From a bacterium (lineage in GTDB: Bacteria > Patescibacteriota > Doudnabacteria > UBA920), in contig CP064996.1 in the NCBI GenBank assembly GCA_016699995.1, positions 412,330 through 476,329 on the forward strand: 64,000 nucleotides of DNA, given 5' to 3'. This document shows positions 52,693 to 62,742 of the stretch, piece after piece. The notes under the pieces were generated by a model. That model was given only the letters and a program-made list of their open reading frames with translations. It was not told the origin of the DNA and searched no databases. The translations under genes and the position numbers were made by a program. How positions within the stretch are numbered: the first letter of the stretch is position 1; every line of letters starts with the position of its first letter.

Positions 52693-54495
52693 ATGATTGT
52701 AAATCCCGAGCTAGCTCAAATACGAAATTTCTGCATTATTGCCCATATCGATCATGGAAAATCTACCTTAGCTGACCGGCTTTTAGAGGTTACTAAAACC
52801 GTTACAGCCAGAGAGATGAAGGCTCAGCTTTTAGACCAAATGGATCTGGAACGTGAACGCGGTATAACCATCAAACTTCAGCCTGTACAAATGGACTACC
52901 GCTTGGACGACAAGCCGTATGTTCTGAATCTTATCGACACTCCTGGGCATGTAGACTTCAGTTACGAGGTTTCAAGAAGCTTAGCCGCCTGCGAAGGCGC
53001 TATTTTAGTTGTGGACTCAACCCAGGGAATAGAAGCGCAAACTTTGGCCAACGCTTATTTGGCAATCGAGAATGATCTCACCATTATCCCGGTTATCAAT
53101 AAAATTGATCTACCCAACAGCGATCGAGTTAAGGTTGCAGAAGAGATGAAGGCCGTGTTCGGCTTTAAGGATGAAGAATTTATTTATGCTTCGGGCAAAA
53201 CAGGAGAAGGAGTGGAAGATATCCTCAGAGCGATTGTCGAACGAGTTCCTGCTCCGACAGGAGATTCCAACGAGCCTCTCCAGGCCATGATTTTTGATTC
53301 CAGTTATGATGCGCATCGCGGGGTAATCGCATACGTGAGAGTAATGAACGGCGTCCTCGAGCCTCGTCAAAAAATCACCATGATGGGCAGCGGAAGCGAA
53401 GCCGAAAGCTTAGAAGTCGGCGTGTTTAAACCGCGCATGACCAAATCAACTTCCATCGCAACGGGCAGCGTAGGCTATATCGTCACGGGATTAAGGGAAG
53501 TGAGCAAAGCCAGTGTTGGTGACACCATCACCTTAATTAAAAACAAAGCTCAAGAGCCATTGGCTGGGTATAAGCAAGTTAAGCCAATGGTGTATGCCAG
53601 TATCTTTCCAGTATCAGGGGACGACTACCCGCTGCTTCGCGAAGCAATGGAAAAATTAAAGCTTAATGATGCTGCGCTCACCTTTGAAGCAGAAAACATC
53701 CCTAGCATTGGCTTTGGCTTCCGAACTGGTTTTTTAGGATTGCTGCATATGGACATCGTCCAGGAGCGATTAACCAGAGAATATGATCTAGATTTGGTAT
53801 TAACGGCACCAAGCGTGGTTTACGAAATCAACTTAATGGGCGGAGGAGTAGAGACTGTCTACAACCCAGCCGGCTTCCCAGACCCTTCTACAATAATGTC
53901 AGTCAAAGAGCCGTGGGCAGATGTCGCGATTCTTTCGCCAACCGGCTATATTGGACCGATCATGGAGATTGTTAGCCAACGGCGCGGCATCAGCAAAGGC
54001 ATGGATTATGTAGGCCAGGAACGCGTGGAAATTAAGTTCGAAATGCCTTTAGCCACTATTATCATGGACTTTTATGATAAACTAAAAAGTGTTTCCAGCG
54101 GCTATGCTTCTTTAAACTACGAGGTAAAAGAGATGCGCGAAGGCAACTTAGTTAAGCTGGATATCCTGGTCGCCGGCGAAAAGATCGATGCCTTGTCCGC
54201 GATAGTTCACCGCAGCACTGCCGAAAGCGATGGGCGAGAACTAGTGGAAAAGCTTAAGACCCTAATCCCCAGACAGCAATTCGAAATTGCCATTCAAGCA
54301 GCCATCGGCAGTAAGGTAGTGGCTCGCGAAACAATTTCGGCCATGCGCAAAGATGTGACCACAGGCTTGTACGGCGGTGATGTAACCCGAAAAATGAAAG
54401 TATTAAACAAGCAGAAAAAAGGCAAGAAGCGAATGAAGAAAGTCGGGAAAGTCGATATACCTCAGGAAGCTTTTCTAGCTGTGCTCAAGAAATAA
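52693..54495 (+). CDS. lepA: elongation factor 4 (LepA)
   Basis: IRNFCIIAHIDHGKSTLADRLL, DTPGHVDF and the C-terminal LepA domain. Confidence 0.95.
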   Translation: MIVNPELAQIRNFCIIAHIDHGKSTLADRLLEVTKTVTAREMKAQLLDQMDLERERGITIKLQPVQMDYRLDDKPYVLNLIDTPGHVDFSYEVSRSLAACEGAILVVDSTQGIEAQTLANAYLAIENDLTIIPVINKIDLPNSDRVKVAEEMKAVFGFKDEEFIYASGKTGEGVEDILRAIVERVPAPTGDSNEPLQAMIFDSSYDAHRGVIAYVRVMNGVLEPRQKITMMGSGSEAESLEVGVFKPRMTKSTSIATGSVGYIVTGLREVSKASVGDTITLIKNKAQEPLAGYKQVKPMVYASIFPVSGDDYPLLREAMEKLKLNDAALTFEAENIPSIGFGFRTGFLGLLHMDIVQERLTREYDLDLVLTAPSVVYEINLMGGGVETVYNPAGFPDPSTIMSVKEPWADVAILSPTGYIGPIMEIVSQRRGISKGMDYVGQERVEIKFEMPLATIIMDFYDKLKSVSSGYASLNYEVKEMREGNLVKLDILVAGEKIDALSAIVHRSTAESDGRELVEKLKTLIPRQQFEIAIQAAIGSKVVARETISAMRKDVTTGLYGGDVTRKMKVLNKQKKGKKRMKKVGKVDIPQEAFLAVLKK

Positions 54496-54681
54496 AGATT
54501 AAATTTAACAAAACAAACATGAGAAACAGAAAATTGCTCAATCGAATCATGATAATCATTTCTGTACTAATTATTGCTTCAATGATTGGCAGCTTCTTCT
54601 TTTACATCGCCACCCAATCTACAGCGCCTACGGCAGTTCCAGCCACCGGCATGACGGGAATTCCTCAGTAACTAAAACATT

Positions 54682-55245
54682 ATGGCAAAATTCGCATTAT
54701 TAGAGGGCGAACATGTGAAGAACGTTTACCGTCAAAGCAGTGTGTTTTTAATCGAGGATTCTTTAGTCCCTCTTGCGGCCGCGATTATCCCCACGCTAAT
54801 TTTATGGAGGTACGGGTTGTTAGGGCAATTTCAGGGAGTGGTTTACGCGCTAGTGATCGTTTCAGGAATTTGGTTCATCAAAAAATGCATACTGTGGTAC
54901 TTAACGAGCTATGTACTAACTAACAGGCGCCTCATCCTTTTTTACCGACCAGGAATATTTAATAAGTCGGTCATGGAAACCCCTTTGGAGAGGGTATTAA
55001 ACGTCGGTTACAAGTCCAAAGGATTCATTTCCGCCATCTTCGATTATGGCAACGTAGAAGTACAGGTTGTGGGCCTGGTCGATTCTGTCACTTTAAAGAA
55101 TATCCCTAATCCTGCTGCTATTAAGGATTACTTATGGGAAATGCATAAACGGGTGATTGCTAAGCCGATAGCGTTCGACCAAGATGACATTACCCATTTC
55201 CAGGAAAAAATCGGTTATACTAAAAAGAATAAAAAGTCTCAATGA
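54682..55245 (+). CDS. membrane protein with bacterial PH (YdbS-like) domain
   Basis: Two TMs followed by a roughly 80 aa beta-rich domain. Weak assignment. Confidence 0.45.
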   Translation: MAKFALLEGEHVKNVYRQSSVFLIEDSLVPLAAAIIPTLILWRYGLLGQFQGVVYALVIVSGIWFIKKCILWYLTSYVLTNRRLILFYRPGIFNKSVMETPLERVLNVGYKSKGFISAIFDYGNVEVQVVGLVDSVTLKNIPNPAAIKDYLWEMHKRVIAKPIAFDQDDITHFQEKIGYTKKNKKSQ

Positions 55246-55607
55246 AGCTACCCAAAATCTTTTACAATAAATTCTTTTTAGGAGCTATGATTTTGGTATT
55301 TTTATTTTCAGCCTTATTAGAATATAATCAATACAGGCAAAGGCATAAAATAGATACCGAAATAGCCATGCTCAAACAGCAAGAGCAAGAACTGCAAGCT
55401 TCCAACCGACAGCTAGAGCAGTCTATCAATTTTCTGTCCTCGCCCGAATACCAGGATAAGCTTGCCCGCCTGCAATTAAATTTAAAAAAGGAAGGCGAGA
55501 TTGTTATTAATATTCCCCAGCAGCAAGCAGAACAAAACGGCGGCGCCGGGGGGCATTCACCAAAATCAAATCTTATTAAGTGGTGGGAATACATTTTTAT
55601 TAACTAA
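55242..55607 (+). CDS. FtsB/DivIC-like septum formation initiator
   Basis: N-terminal TM, leucine-zipper coiled coil and the C-terminal KLARLQLNLKKEGEIVINIP pattern. Confidence 0.55.
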   Translation: MKLPKIFYNKFFLGAMILVFLFSALLEYNQYRQRHKIDTEIAMLKQQEQELQASNRQLEQSINFLSSPEYQDKLARLQLNLKKEGEIVINIPQQQAEQNGGAGGHSPKSNLIKWWEYIFIN

Positions 55608-55612
55608 GACAT

Positions 55613-56539
55613 ATGACTCAACATAATGATCACATTGAAGAAGCAAAGCCAGCTAAAAAGCTAAAACGAAAGCACAAAATCGGCATCGGCGTTGCAATTA
55701 TCATAGTACTGGCTGCAATCGCCGGGTGCCTGGCTTGGCTGTATACTGGCCAGCTCAGCCCTGCCAAGGAAAAGGTTTTCCGCGCTGTACCATTGCCTAT
55801 TGCACTCATCGAAACTCACCACATTACCAGCAAAGACTTATACAACCGCCTAGATCTGGCAAAAAAAGTTTTAGAGAGCACCGGGCAAAGCACTAATAAT
55901 TTAGAAACCTTACTTCTGGATCAGCTAATAAAAACCGAAAAGATGAACCGAATCGCTGCCAAGCAAAACGTTACTGTAACCGATGAGGAAGTGGATAAGA
56001 GCTATCAGGCAATTATCAAGCGATTTCCGGATGCCAGCGAAGAGGAATTCGAAAAAACCTTGGCCTCTAGTTATGGCTTGGACCTTAACACCTTTAAGAA
56101 CGAAGTTGTCCGCCAGTCGGTACTGCAAGAAAACCTTCGCCTCTGGTTTGCTAAGCAAGAAAACTTAAACAGCGAACAATACAATAAAGCTCGCGACTTG
56201 GTACGCCAGCTAGATGAGGGTACTAGCTTCGAGGAAGTGGCTCGCAAATATAGCGAGGATAATGCTAGCAAGCCATTTGCAGGCGACAGCGGCTTCATTA
56301 AGTATTCCGACATGCTGCCGGAGTTTCAGCAGGCAGTCAAGGATCTGTCTATAGGGGATACGAAGATCGTAGCCAGCCGCGCAGGCATTCATGTTTTAAA
56401 GATCAACGCCATCGAAGGCGACAGCAGTAATCAGGATGGCCGTAATTATAACCTTCTGCAGATCTATATCGAACCCGCAGATTTTGAGGCTTGGCTGGAC
56501 ACCAAAACCCAGGAAATCAAAGCTGTAAAGCTCTTATAA
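55613..56539 (+). CDS. PpiC/parvulin-type peptidyl-prolyl isomerase (PrsA/SurA-like) with N-terminal TM anchor
   Basis: Rotamase motif FEEVARKYSED...GDSGFIKYSDMLPEFQQAV...GIHVLKI. Confidence 0.75.
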   Translation: MTQHNDHIEEAKPAKKLKRKHKIGIGVAIIIVLAAIAGCLAWLYTGQLSPAKEKVFRAVPLPIALIETHHITSKDLYNRLDLAKKVLESTGQSTNNLETLLLDQLIKTEKMNRIAAKQNVTVTDEEVDKSYQAIIKRFPDASEEEFEKTLASSYGLDLNTFKNEVVRQSVLQENLRLWFAKQENLNSEQYNKARDLVRQLDEGTSFEEVARKYSEDNASKPFAGDSGFIKYSDMLPEFQQAVKDLSIGDTKIVASRAGIHVLKINAIEGDSSNQDGRNYNLLQIYIEPADFEAWLDTKTQEIKAVKLL

Positions 56540-56551
56540 TCAAAAGTTAGC

Positions 56552-56583
56552 CAAACCCAGTTCAACAGAACTGGGTTTTTTGT
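56552..56583 (+). terminator. rho-independent terminator
   Basis: AACCCAGTTC-AACA-GAACTGGGTT followed by TTTTG. Confidence 0.8.
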
Positions 56584-56598
56584 TAAAATTGAAAGTAC

Positions 56599-56669
56599 GC
56601 GGGCGTAGTACAATGGTAGTATGCGACCTTCCCAAGGTTGAGACGTGGGTCCGATTCCCATCGTCCGCT
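56599..56669 (+). tRNA. tRNA-Gly (anticodon CCC)
   Basis: GCGGGCG acceptor, anticodon arm CGACC-TTCCCAA-GGTTG, T arm GTGGG-TCCGATT-CCCAT, CCA encoded. Confidence 0.8.
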
Positions 56670-56685
56670 CCATCGAAATGATTCT

Positions 56686-56758
56686 GCCGACTTAGCTCAG
56701 CTGGTAGAGCAGCGGTATCGTAAACCGCAGGTCATCGGTTCAAACCCGATAGTCGGCT
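56686..56758 (+). tRNA. tRNA-Thr (anticodon CGT)
   Basis: GCCGACT acceptor, D arm GCTC-AGCTGGTA-GAGC, anticodon arm GCGGT-ATCGTAA-ACCGC, T arm ATCGG-TTCAAAC-CCGAT, CCA encoded. Confidence 0.85.
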
Positions 56759-56803
56759 CCAGGAAATACCTATTACTAATTTCGAATTAAATTAATTGCG
56801 TTA

Positions 56804-57394
56804 ATGTCAAAAATTCCCAAGCATGCGATAAGTTTATATAAAGGTGTAAGTTTTGAGGTTCTGCAATGGTCTCAGGTGATGTTCGATAACTCCGTGCGGA
56901 CTTTTGAGGTCGCAAAAAATTTGGAAACTGTTTCCATAATGGCCACAGTCGGAGATAAAATTGTAGTTCTGTATCAAAAGCAGCCTGGGACAAAATGGTA
57001 CTACACTTTACCAGGCGGGTATATGGACATCCCAGAAGAGTCTCCCCGCAATGCAGCGCTGCGGGAATTAAGAGAGGAAACTGGCTTGAAGCCAAAATTT
57101 TTTAAAAAATTTCAAACCTATCACCGCCTGGGTCGAATCAGATCAACCCTTCACATGTATATTGCCAATGATTGCTATCAGGCAGGTGGCCAAAAACTAG
57201 ATGGCGGGGAGATTATTAAAGTAAAACTTTACTCATACGACGAGTTTCTAAGATTATCCGACAACCCGCATTTCCATAACAGCGACTTAGTTATTCTCAT
57301 GCTTCAGGCGCGCCTCTCTAAATCTAAATACTTGGCCTTTAAAAAAACCATTTTCCAAGGGGCGAAGAAAATTAAGAAAACCTTGCCAAAATAA
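56804..57394 (+). CDS. NUDIX hydrolase
   Basis: Nudix box LPGGYMDIPEESPRNAALRELREETGL. Confidence 0.8.
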   Translation: MSKIPKHAISLYKGVSFEVLQWSQVMFDNSVRTFEVAKNLETVSIMATVGDKIVVLYQKQPGTKWYYTLPGGYMDIPEESPRNAALRELREETGLKPKFFKKFQTYHRLGRIRSTLHMYIANDCYQAGGQKLDGGEIIKVKLYSYDEFLRLSDNPHFHNSDLVILMLQARLSKSKYLAFKKTIFQGAKKIKKTLPK

Positions 57395-57420
57395 GGTTTT
57401 TTTGATAACTTTTATAAGTA

Positions 57421-57672
57421 ATGCAGGACCAAATCCCAGACAATAACGAGAAAAAACCCGCTTATTCTGCACGAACCCTCGCTATTGCAGTAGAATTTGG
57501 TTTTATTATTGCCATCCCATTGGCTGGAACTACGCTCTTAGGAAAGTGGCTCAGCGTTAAATACGACCAGCCATTCTACTTATACGGTGCAATTATAGTG
57601 GCAATCATCCTTAGCAGCACTATTCTGACCGTCCGGATCAAAAAAATTTACGACGAAATAATTAAAAAATAA
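57421..57672 (+). CDS. AtpZ/AtpI-like small membrane protein preceding the ATP synthase operon
   Basis: 83 aa with two TMs, immediately upstream of atpB. Confidence 0.5.
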   Translation: MQDQIPDNNEKKPAYSARTLAIAVEFGFIIAIPLAGTTLLGKWLSVKYDQPFYLYGAIIVAIILSSTILTVRIKKIYDEIIKK

Positions 57673-58526
57673 TGGCCGCAGCCTTACCTCCGCTCGCCGC
57701 AGAACCGATCTTTCATGTCGGCAGTCTGCCAATCACCAATACCATGATCAACTCCAGCATTACTGTGCTGGGGTTTGTTGTGTTTGCGGTGGTTATTAGC
57801 CTAGCTGTCAAGCGCTATGCGGGCAAAGCTCCTCAAGGAATATTAAACTTTTTTGAATCCATCCTCGAAACTCTTTTCGGCTATTTCGATACGGTTACCC
57901 ATAGCCGCGAAAAGACTATCAAATTTTTGCCTTTAGTGGGAACCTTGTTCTTATTTATTTTAGTTTCTAATTGGATCGGCCTTCTTCCAGGCATCGGCAG
58001 CATTGGCCGCTACTTAGTGCATGAAGGACATGTTATGCTTGTGCCGATGTTTCGCCCTGCCACCACAGACTTGAACATGACTTTGGCCATGTCTTTAACG
58101 GCTGTAATCACTTCCCACGTAGTGGGGATTGCTGTAATTGGGTTCTTTAAATACTTTAACAAGTTTATTAAGCTGGGAGATTTGTGGCACGCATTAAAGA
58201 GCATGAACCCTATGACGATGTTAACTGCGGTTATCGAATTTTTCATTGGCTTTCTGGAAATTATTTCAGAAGTCGCCAAGATGCTGTCTTTATCTTTGCG
58301 TTTGTTCGGCAATGTTTTTGCAGGGGAAGTTTTGTTAACTGTACTGGCAGGGATTTTGCCTTTCGTATTGCCATTACCTTTTATTGCCTTGGAGCTGATT
58401 GTTGGCATAGTACAAGCTACTGTATTTGCCATGCTTACATTGGTTTACTTAACTGTCGCCACAACCGAGGTAGCCAGCCATCACAGCGAACACAAAGAAG
58501 ATCTAGAACCAACGCCGACCGTTTAG
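57672..58526 (+). CDS. atpB: F0F1 ATP synthase subunit a
   Basis: LSLSLRLFGNVFAGE (essential Arg) and C-terminal TM pair. Confidence 0.9.
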   Translation: MAAALPPLAAEPIFHVGSLPITNTMINSSITVLGFVVFAVVISLAVKRYAGKAPQGILNFFESILETLFGYFDTVTHSREKTIKFLPLVGTLFLFILVSNWIGLLPGIGSIGRYLVHEGHVMLVPMFRPATTDLNMTLAMSLTAVITSHVVGIAVIGFFKYFNKFIKLGDLWHALKSMNPMTMLTAVIEFFIGFLEIISEVAKMLSLSLRLFGNVFAGEVLLTVLAGILPFVLPLPFIALELIVGIVQATVFAMLTLVYLTVATTEVASHHSEHKEDLEPTPTV

Positions 58527-58569
58527 GTGTTTTTAATCAGGTATCGAATTATCGATATCTGATCTTTAA

Positions 58570-58851
<282 letters not shown>

Positions 58852-58918
58852 TTTCCAAACGGAACTCTTTGACCCCGCAAGCCGGAGCAGAGAGTTCGCC
58901 TTTGTAAATTATTATTAT

Positions 58919-59608
58919 ATGAAAAAACCTTTACTCACCATACTTATCATTGTCCCGTTGGCAGTCATTCTCTTTGTAGTAAACCCTTATGGCGTATTTG
59001 CAGCCACTACAGCACCGAGCGCTCAAACTACGGCTCAGACGACGGCTAATTTAGACGAGAGCCACTCCGGCGCCGCAACAACGTCGACCGACCATAGCGA
59101 GGACGCAGGGGTTGTAGGCCTGTTTGGCTTAAACTGGAAACTCTTCATCGCTCAATTGATCAACTTTGCAATTGTGTTGTTTGTGCTTTGGAGATTCGTA
59201 TTTAAACCGGTGACCAGCAATATGCAGGAGCGCGCAAAGAAGATCGAAGACTCCCTGGTTAACGCAGACCGCATCACCAAAGAGAAAGAAGAATTCGAAG
59301 CCTGGAAGAATGCCGAGATGAGCAAAGCTCGCAACGAAGCCACTGCCATTATTTCAGGAGCCAAGGATACAGCAGAAAAAGTTAAGCAGGAGACCGTAGA
59401 AGCAACCAAAAAAGAACAGCAAGCTGTATTAGATAAAGCAAAGCAAGATTTAGATAATGCTCAGAGGCAAGCCGTGAACGCAGCCAAGGCTTCTATCGCA
59501 GAAATGGTAATAAGCTCTACAGAAAAACTGTTAAAGTCGAAAATTGACGCAAAGACGGACAGCAAGATCATTAAAGACAGCATGGGACATCTTGAGGAGA
59601 GCGTATGA
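58919..59608 (+). CDS. atpF: F0F1 ATP synthase subunit b (with Ala/Thr-rich N-terminal extension)
   Basis: TM LFIAQLINFAIVLFVLWRFVFKP followed by a long charged coiled coil. Confidence 0.85.
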   Translation: MKKPLLTILIIVPLAVILFVVNPYGVFAATTAPSAQTTAQTTANLDESHSGAATTSTDHSEDAGVVGLFGLNWKLFIAQLINFAIVLFVLWRFVFKPVTSNMQERAKKIEDSLVNADRITKEKEEFEAWKNAEMSKARNEATAIISGAKDTAEKVKQETVEATKKEQQAVLDKAKQDLDNAQRQAVNAAKASIAEMVISSTEKLLKSKIDAKTDSKIIKDSMGHLEESV

Positions 59609-60006
59609 AATTTACAGTAAAACAATACGCCCAAGCTTTGCACGAAGCCATAAGCGACACCAACCCTAAAGACCATGATAAAGTAATTAATAATTTTATC
59701 GAGGCGCTTAAACAAAATGGCGATTTAGCTAGCTATGAAAATGTAGTGAATGAATTTGAAAGCATGGTCCAAGATGCTAACCAAACTACCAAGATCGAAG
59801 TTACTACGGCTTCCGAAGCAGCTGCCACCCCTGGCTTGATCAAAGAACTAAACACCTTCGCTAAAAGCAAGGGTCAAAAAGCGGAGATAACAACCAAAGT
59901 AAACGAAGAGATAATTGGCGGAGTACTCATAAAAGTCGACGATACGCTGATAGACGCAAGTCTAAAATCACAGTTAGAAAATTTAGAACAAGAGTTAAAG
60001 AACTAA
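59605..60006 (+). CDS. atpH: F0F1 ATP synthase subunit delta (short)
   Basis: YAQALHEA N-terminal motif. Positioned between atpF and atpA. Confidence 0.7.
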   Translation: MKFTVKQYAQALHEAISDTNPKDHDKVINNFIEALKQNGDLASYENVVNEFESMVQDANQTTKIEVTTASEAAATPGLIKELNTFAKSKGQKAEITTKVNEEIIGGVLIKVDDTLIDASLKSQLENLEQELKN

Positions 60007-60010
60007 ACAT

Positions 60011-61522
60011 ATGCAAACAGATAGCATTATTCAAAAATTAAAAGACCAAATTCAAGGCTTTGGCCCAAAAGCCAATGTTTCCCATGTAGGAACAGTAATA
60101 GAAGTAGGGGACGGCATTGCTAAAGTTTCCGGTCTCTCCGAAGTGAAGTCAATGGAAATGTTGGATTTTGGCGGCGGAGTTATGGGCGTGGCTTTGAACC
60201 TCGAACAGAATAGCGTTGGAGCAATTATTTTGGGAGAATTCCAGCACGTAAAGCAAGGCGACACTGTAAAATCTACGGGACAGATCTTATCTGTACCAGT
60301 AGGGGAAAGCCTCATCGGTCGAGTAGTAGGCGCACTAGGAAATGCCAAGGACGGCAAAGGGGAGATCTCTTCAAATACTCAGTACCCTGTAGAGAAAATC
60401 GCCCCTGGCGTAATAACCCGCCAGTCGGTATTCCAGCCGGTACAAACCGGCATCAAAGCCATTGATGCTTTAATTCCGATTGGCCGCGGCCAGCGTGAGT
60501 TGATCATTGGCGACCGCCAAACCGGCAAAACTGCCGTGGCAATCGACACGATCATTAACCAAAAAGGACAAGACATGATCTGCGTATACGTAGCCGTGGG
60601 TCAAAAAGAAAGCAAGGTAGCCAAAATCGTGGCCGAACTCGAAGCCCGAGGAGCGATGGACTACACAATTGTCGTATCCAGCAGCGCCAGCGAACCAGCA
60701 GCGCTCTCTTACATCGCGCCGTATTCTGCAACAGCGATGGCCGAATACTTTATGGATCAGGGCAAGGACGTATTAATCGTATATGATGATCTCTCTAAAC
60801 AGGCTGTAGCGTACCGCGAAATTTCCTTGTTGCTGCGCCGACCGCCAGGGCGCGAAGCTTATCCGGGGGATGTATTCTACCTCCACTCCCGCTTGCTAGA
60901 ACGAGCAGCAAAGCTAAACGAAGATCATGGCGGCGGTTCGATTACGGCATTGCCGATTATCGAAACCCAGGCGGGAGACATCTCCGCTTATATCCCTACG
61001 AATGTAATTTCTATTACCGATGGACAAATCTTTTTGGAAAGCGATCTGTTTTATAAGGGCATTCGCCCGGCTGTAAACGTAGGTACTTCTGTATCCCGCG
61101 TAGGCAGCTCTGCTCAGACCAAAGCCATGAAGAAAGTAGCCGGCAAGCTGAAACTTGCATTAGCTCAGTTCCGGGAATTAGAAGCGTTTGCCCAATTCGG
61201 TTCGGACTTAGACGAAGCTACTCGCCAGCAGCTAGAACTTGGCCGCCGGTTAACAGAGCTGCTCAAACAGCCTCAGTACTCTCCGGTCGCGATGGAAAAG
61301 CAAGTAATTGCTTTGTACGCGGTTAATAACGGCTTTATGGATGATGTACCAGTAGAAAAGATTTCCGAGTTCGAATCCAAACTAACGGAATATATGGAAA
61401 CTACCGGCAAAGATACCTTAAGAGCAATTGCCGATAAAAAAGAATTAACAGAAGAAGTTGAAAGCAAATTAAAAACCCTGCTCGAACAATTCAAGCAGGG
61501 CTGGGAAACAATGGCTTCCTAG
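60011..61522 (+). CDS. atpA: F0F1 ATP synthase subunit alpha
   Basis: GDRQTGKT Walker A and [26 protein letters not shown]. Confidence 0.95.
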   Translation: MQTDSIIQKLKDQIQGFGPKANVSHVGTVIEVGDGIAKVSGLSEVKSMEMLDFGGGVMGVALNLEQNSVGAIILGEFQHVKQGDTVKSTGQILSVPVGESLIGRVVGALGNAKDGKGEISSNTQYPVEKIAPGVITRQSVFQPVQTGIKAIDALIPIGRGQRELIIGDRQTGKTAVAIDTIINQKGQDMICVYVAVGQKESKVAKIVAELEARGAMDYTIVVSSSASEPAALSYIAPYSATAMAEYFMDQGKDVLIVYDDLSKQAVAYREISLLLRRPPGREAYPGDVFYLHSRLLERAAKLNEDHGGGSITALPIIETQAGDISAYIPTNVISITDGQIFLESDLFYKGIRPAVNVGTSVSRVGSSAQTKAMKKVAGKLKLALAQFRELEAFAQFGSDLDEATRQQLELGRRLTELLKQPQYSPVAMEKQVIALYAVNNGFMDDVPVEKISEFESKLTEYMETTGKDTLRAIADKKELTEEVESKLKTLLEQFKQGWETMAS

Positions 61523-61523
61523 G

Positions 61524-61784
61524 TCAGGAAGCAACCGCGGACTTGCCGCGGGTAAAGATGAAGGAGATCATGCCGAGAATCGACACGATTCCGAGGACAG
61601 GAAGGAGTACCGCATGCGCGATATTCCATTCCACTCCCTCAGCGACCCAGCTGAGGATGGCCGCCGCTATGAGAGCGGGGGCGATGGCCAATGCTGCAGA
61701 CTGCAGCTTGACGCTGGCCCCACGGTAGAACCAAGCCACCAACATTATCACAACTGCCGCCACGAGCATTGCTAATCCTGTCAT
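61524..61784 (-). CDS. small two-TM membrane protein encoded antisense in the atpA-atpG gap
   Basis: Track ORF 61524-61904. The preferred start MTGLAMLVAAVV at 61784 follows GGAGGAAAAGAAG, downstream of a perfect TTGACA-N17-TATAAT promoter. The coding sequence is visibly GC-richer than its flanks. Confidence 0.5.
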   Translation of the reverse strand: MTGLAMLVAAVVIMLVAWFYRGASVKLQSAALAIAPALIAAAILSWVAEGVEWNIAHAVLLPVLGIVSILGMISFIFTRGKSAVAS

Positions 61785-61818
61785 CTTCTTTTCCTCCAGA
61801 TTTGATCTATATGAATAT

Positions 61819-61847
61819 ATTATAGCATAAAGTTTAGAATTTGTCAA
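61819..61847 (-). promoter_or_regulatory. consensus sigma70 promoter (TTGACA-N17-TATAAT) driving the antisense small ORF
   Basis: Plus-strand TGTCAA at 61842-61847 and ATTATA at 61819-61824, with an exact 17 nt spacer. Confidence 0.6.
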
Positions 61848-61879
61848 GTATAACCGAAAAGCACTAAATTCACAGTAAA

Positions 61880-62737
61880 ATGGCATCAACCCAAGAACTA
61901 ACAAGACGCATAAAATCGATTAAAAGCACGCGCAAAATTACCCGCGCGATGCAGCTTGTTAGTAGTGCAAAAATGCGCAAAAGCCAAGCAGTAGCAATGT
62001 CGAGCCGAGCTTATGCCCATCTGGCATGGGAGTTGATCAACAATGTAGGAAGCAAGTCTCGAGAGCACAAGCTGTTTAAAAGCTATCCAAAAGCAAAAAA
62101 AGTCGGCATCATTCTGGTAACAACCAACCGCGGCTTAGTAGGTGGATTCAACACCAATCTAATTAGAAAACTGGTCAAAGAGGAGCAGCTGGAACCAGAA
62201 CTTATTTCCGAATTAATTGTTGTGGGTAAAAAAGGAAGAGAGGCAGCGGTCAGGCTCAATAAGACGATTATCGCCGACTTCCCCAAAATGGATACTACTA
62301 TTCCCGTCAAAGAGGTTTATCCGATTATCAAAATGCTTACCGATATCTATAACAGCGGCGAATATAAAAAAGTCTACATTGTCTATAACCACTTTGTTTC
62401 GATGCTGGTTCAGGATCCGAAGGTAAAACAACTGTTGCCGATAATCCCCAAGTCTCAGCACGGCACCCAAACCATTGGCTCCGACGTTCTGTTCGAACCC
62501 AGCCCTCAAAAAGTACTGGATCACTTACTCCCACGCATTTTAGAATCTCAGGTATATCAGGCTATTCTAGAAAGCGACGCGAGCGAACACAGCGCCCGCA
62601 TGATGATGATGAAAAACGCTACAGATGCTGCCGGAGACTTAATTGACGACTTAACATTAACCTTTAACCAACTTCGCCAAAGCAAGATTACGACGGAACT
62701 TTCCGAAATCACTGCAGGCCGAATTGCACTAGAATAA
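61880..62737 (+). CDS. atpG: F0F1 ATP synthase subunit gamma
   Basis: MASTQELTRRIKSIKSTRKITRAMQLVSSAKMRKSQ and C-terminal ITTELSEITAGRIALE. Confidence 0.9.
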   Translation: MASTQELTRRIKSIKSTRKITRAMQLVSSAKMRKSQAVAMSSRAYAHLAWELINNVGSKSREHKLFKSYPKAKKVGIILVTTNRGLVGGFNTNLIRKLVKEEQLEPELISELIVVGKKGREAAVRLNKTIIADFPKMDTTIPVKEVYPIIKMLTDIYNSGEYKKVYIVYNHFVSMLVQDPKVKQLLPIIPKSQHGTQTIGSDVLFEPSPQKVLDHLLPRILESQVYQAILESDASEHSARMMMMKNATDAAGDLIDDLTLTFNQLRQSKITTELSEITAGRIALE

Positions 62738-62742
62738 CTTAA

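Noticed and set aside
58852-58918. Possible terminator/attenuator between atpE and atpF (GAACTCT...AGAGTTC)
   Set aside because: Stem is interrupted by a 20 nt loop and lacks a U-run. More likely mRNA structure affecting atpE:atpF stoichiometry than a terminator. Not reported as a feature.
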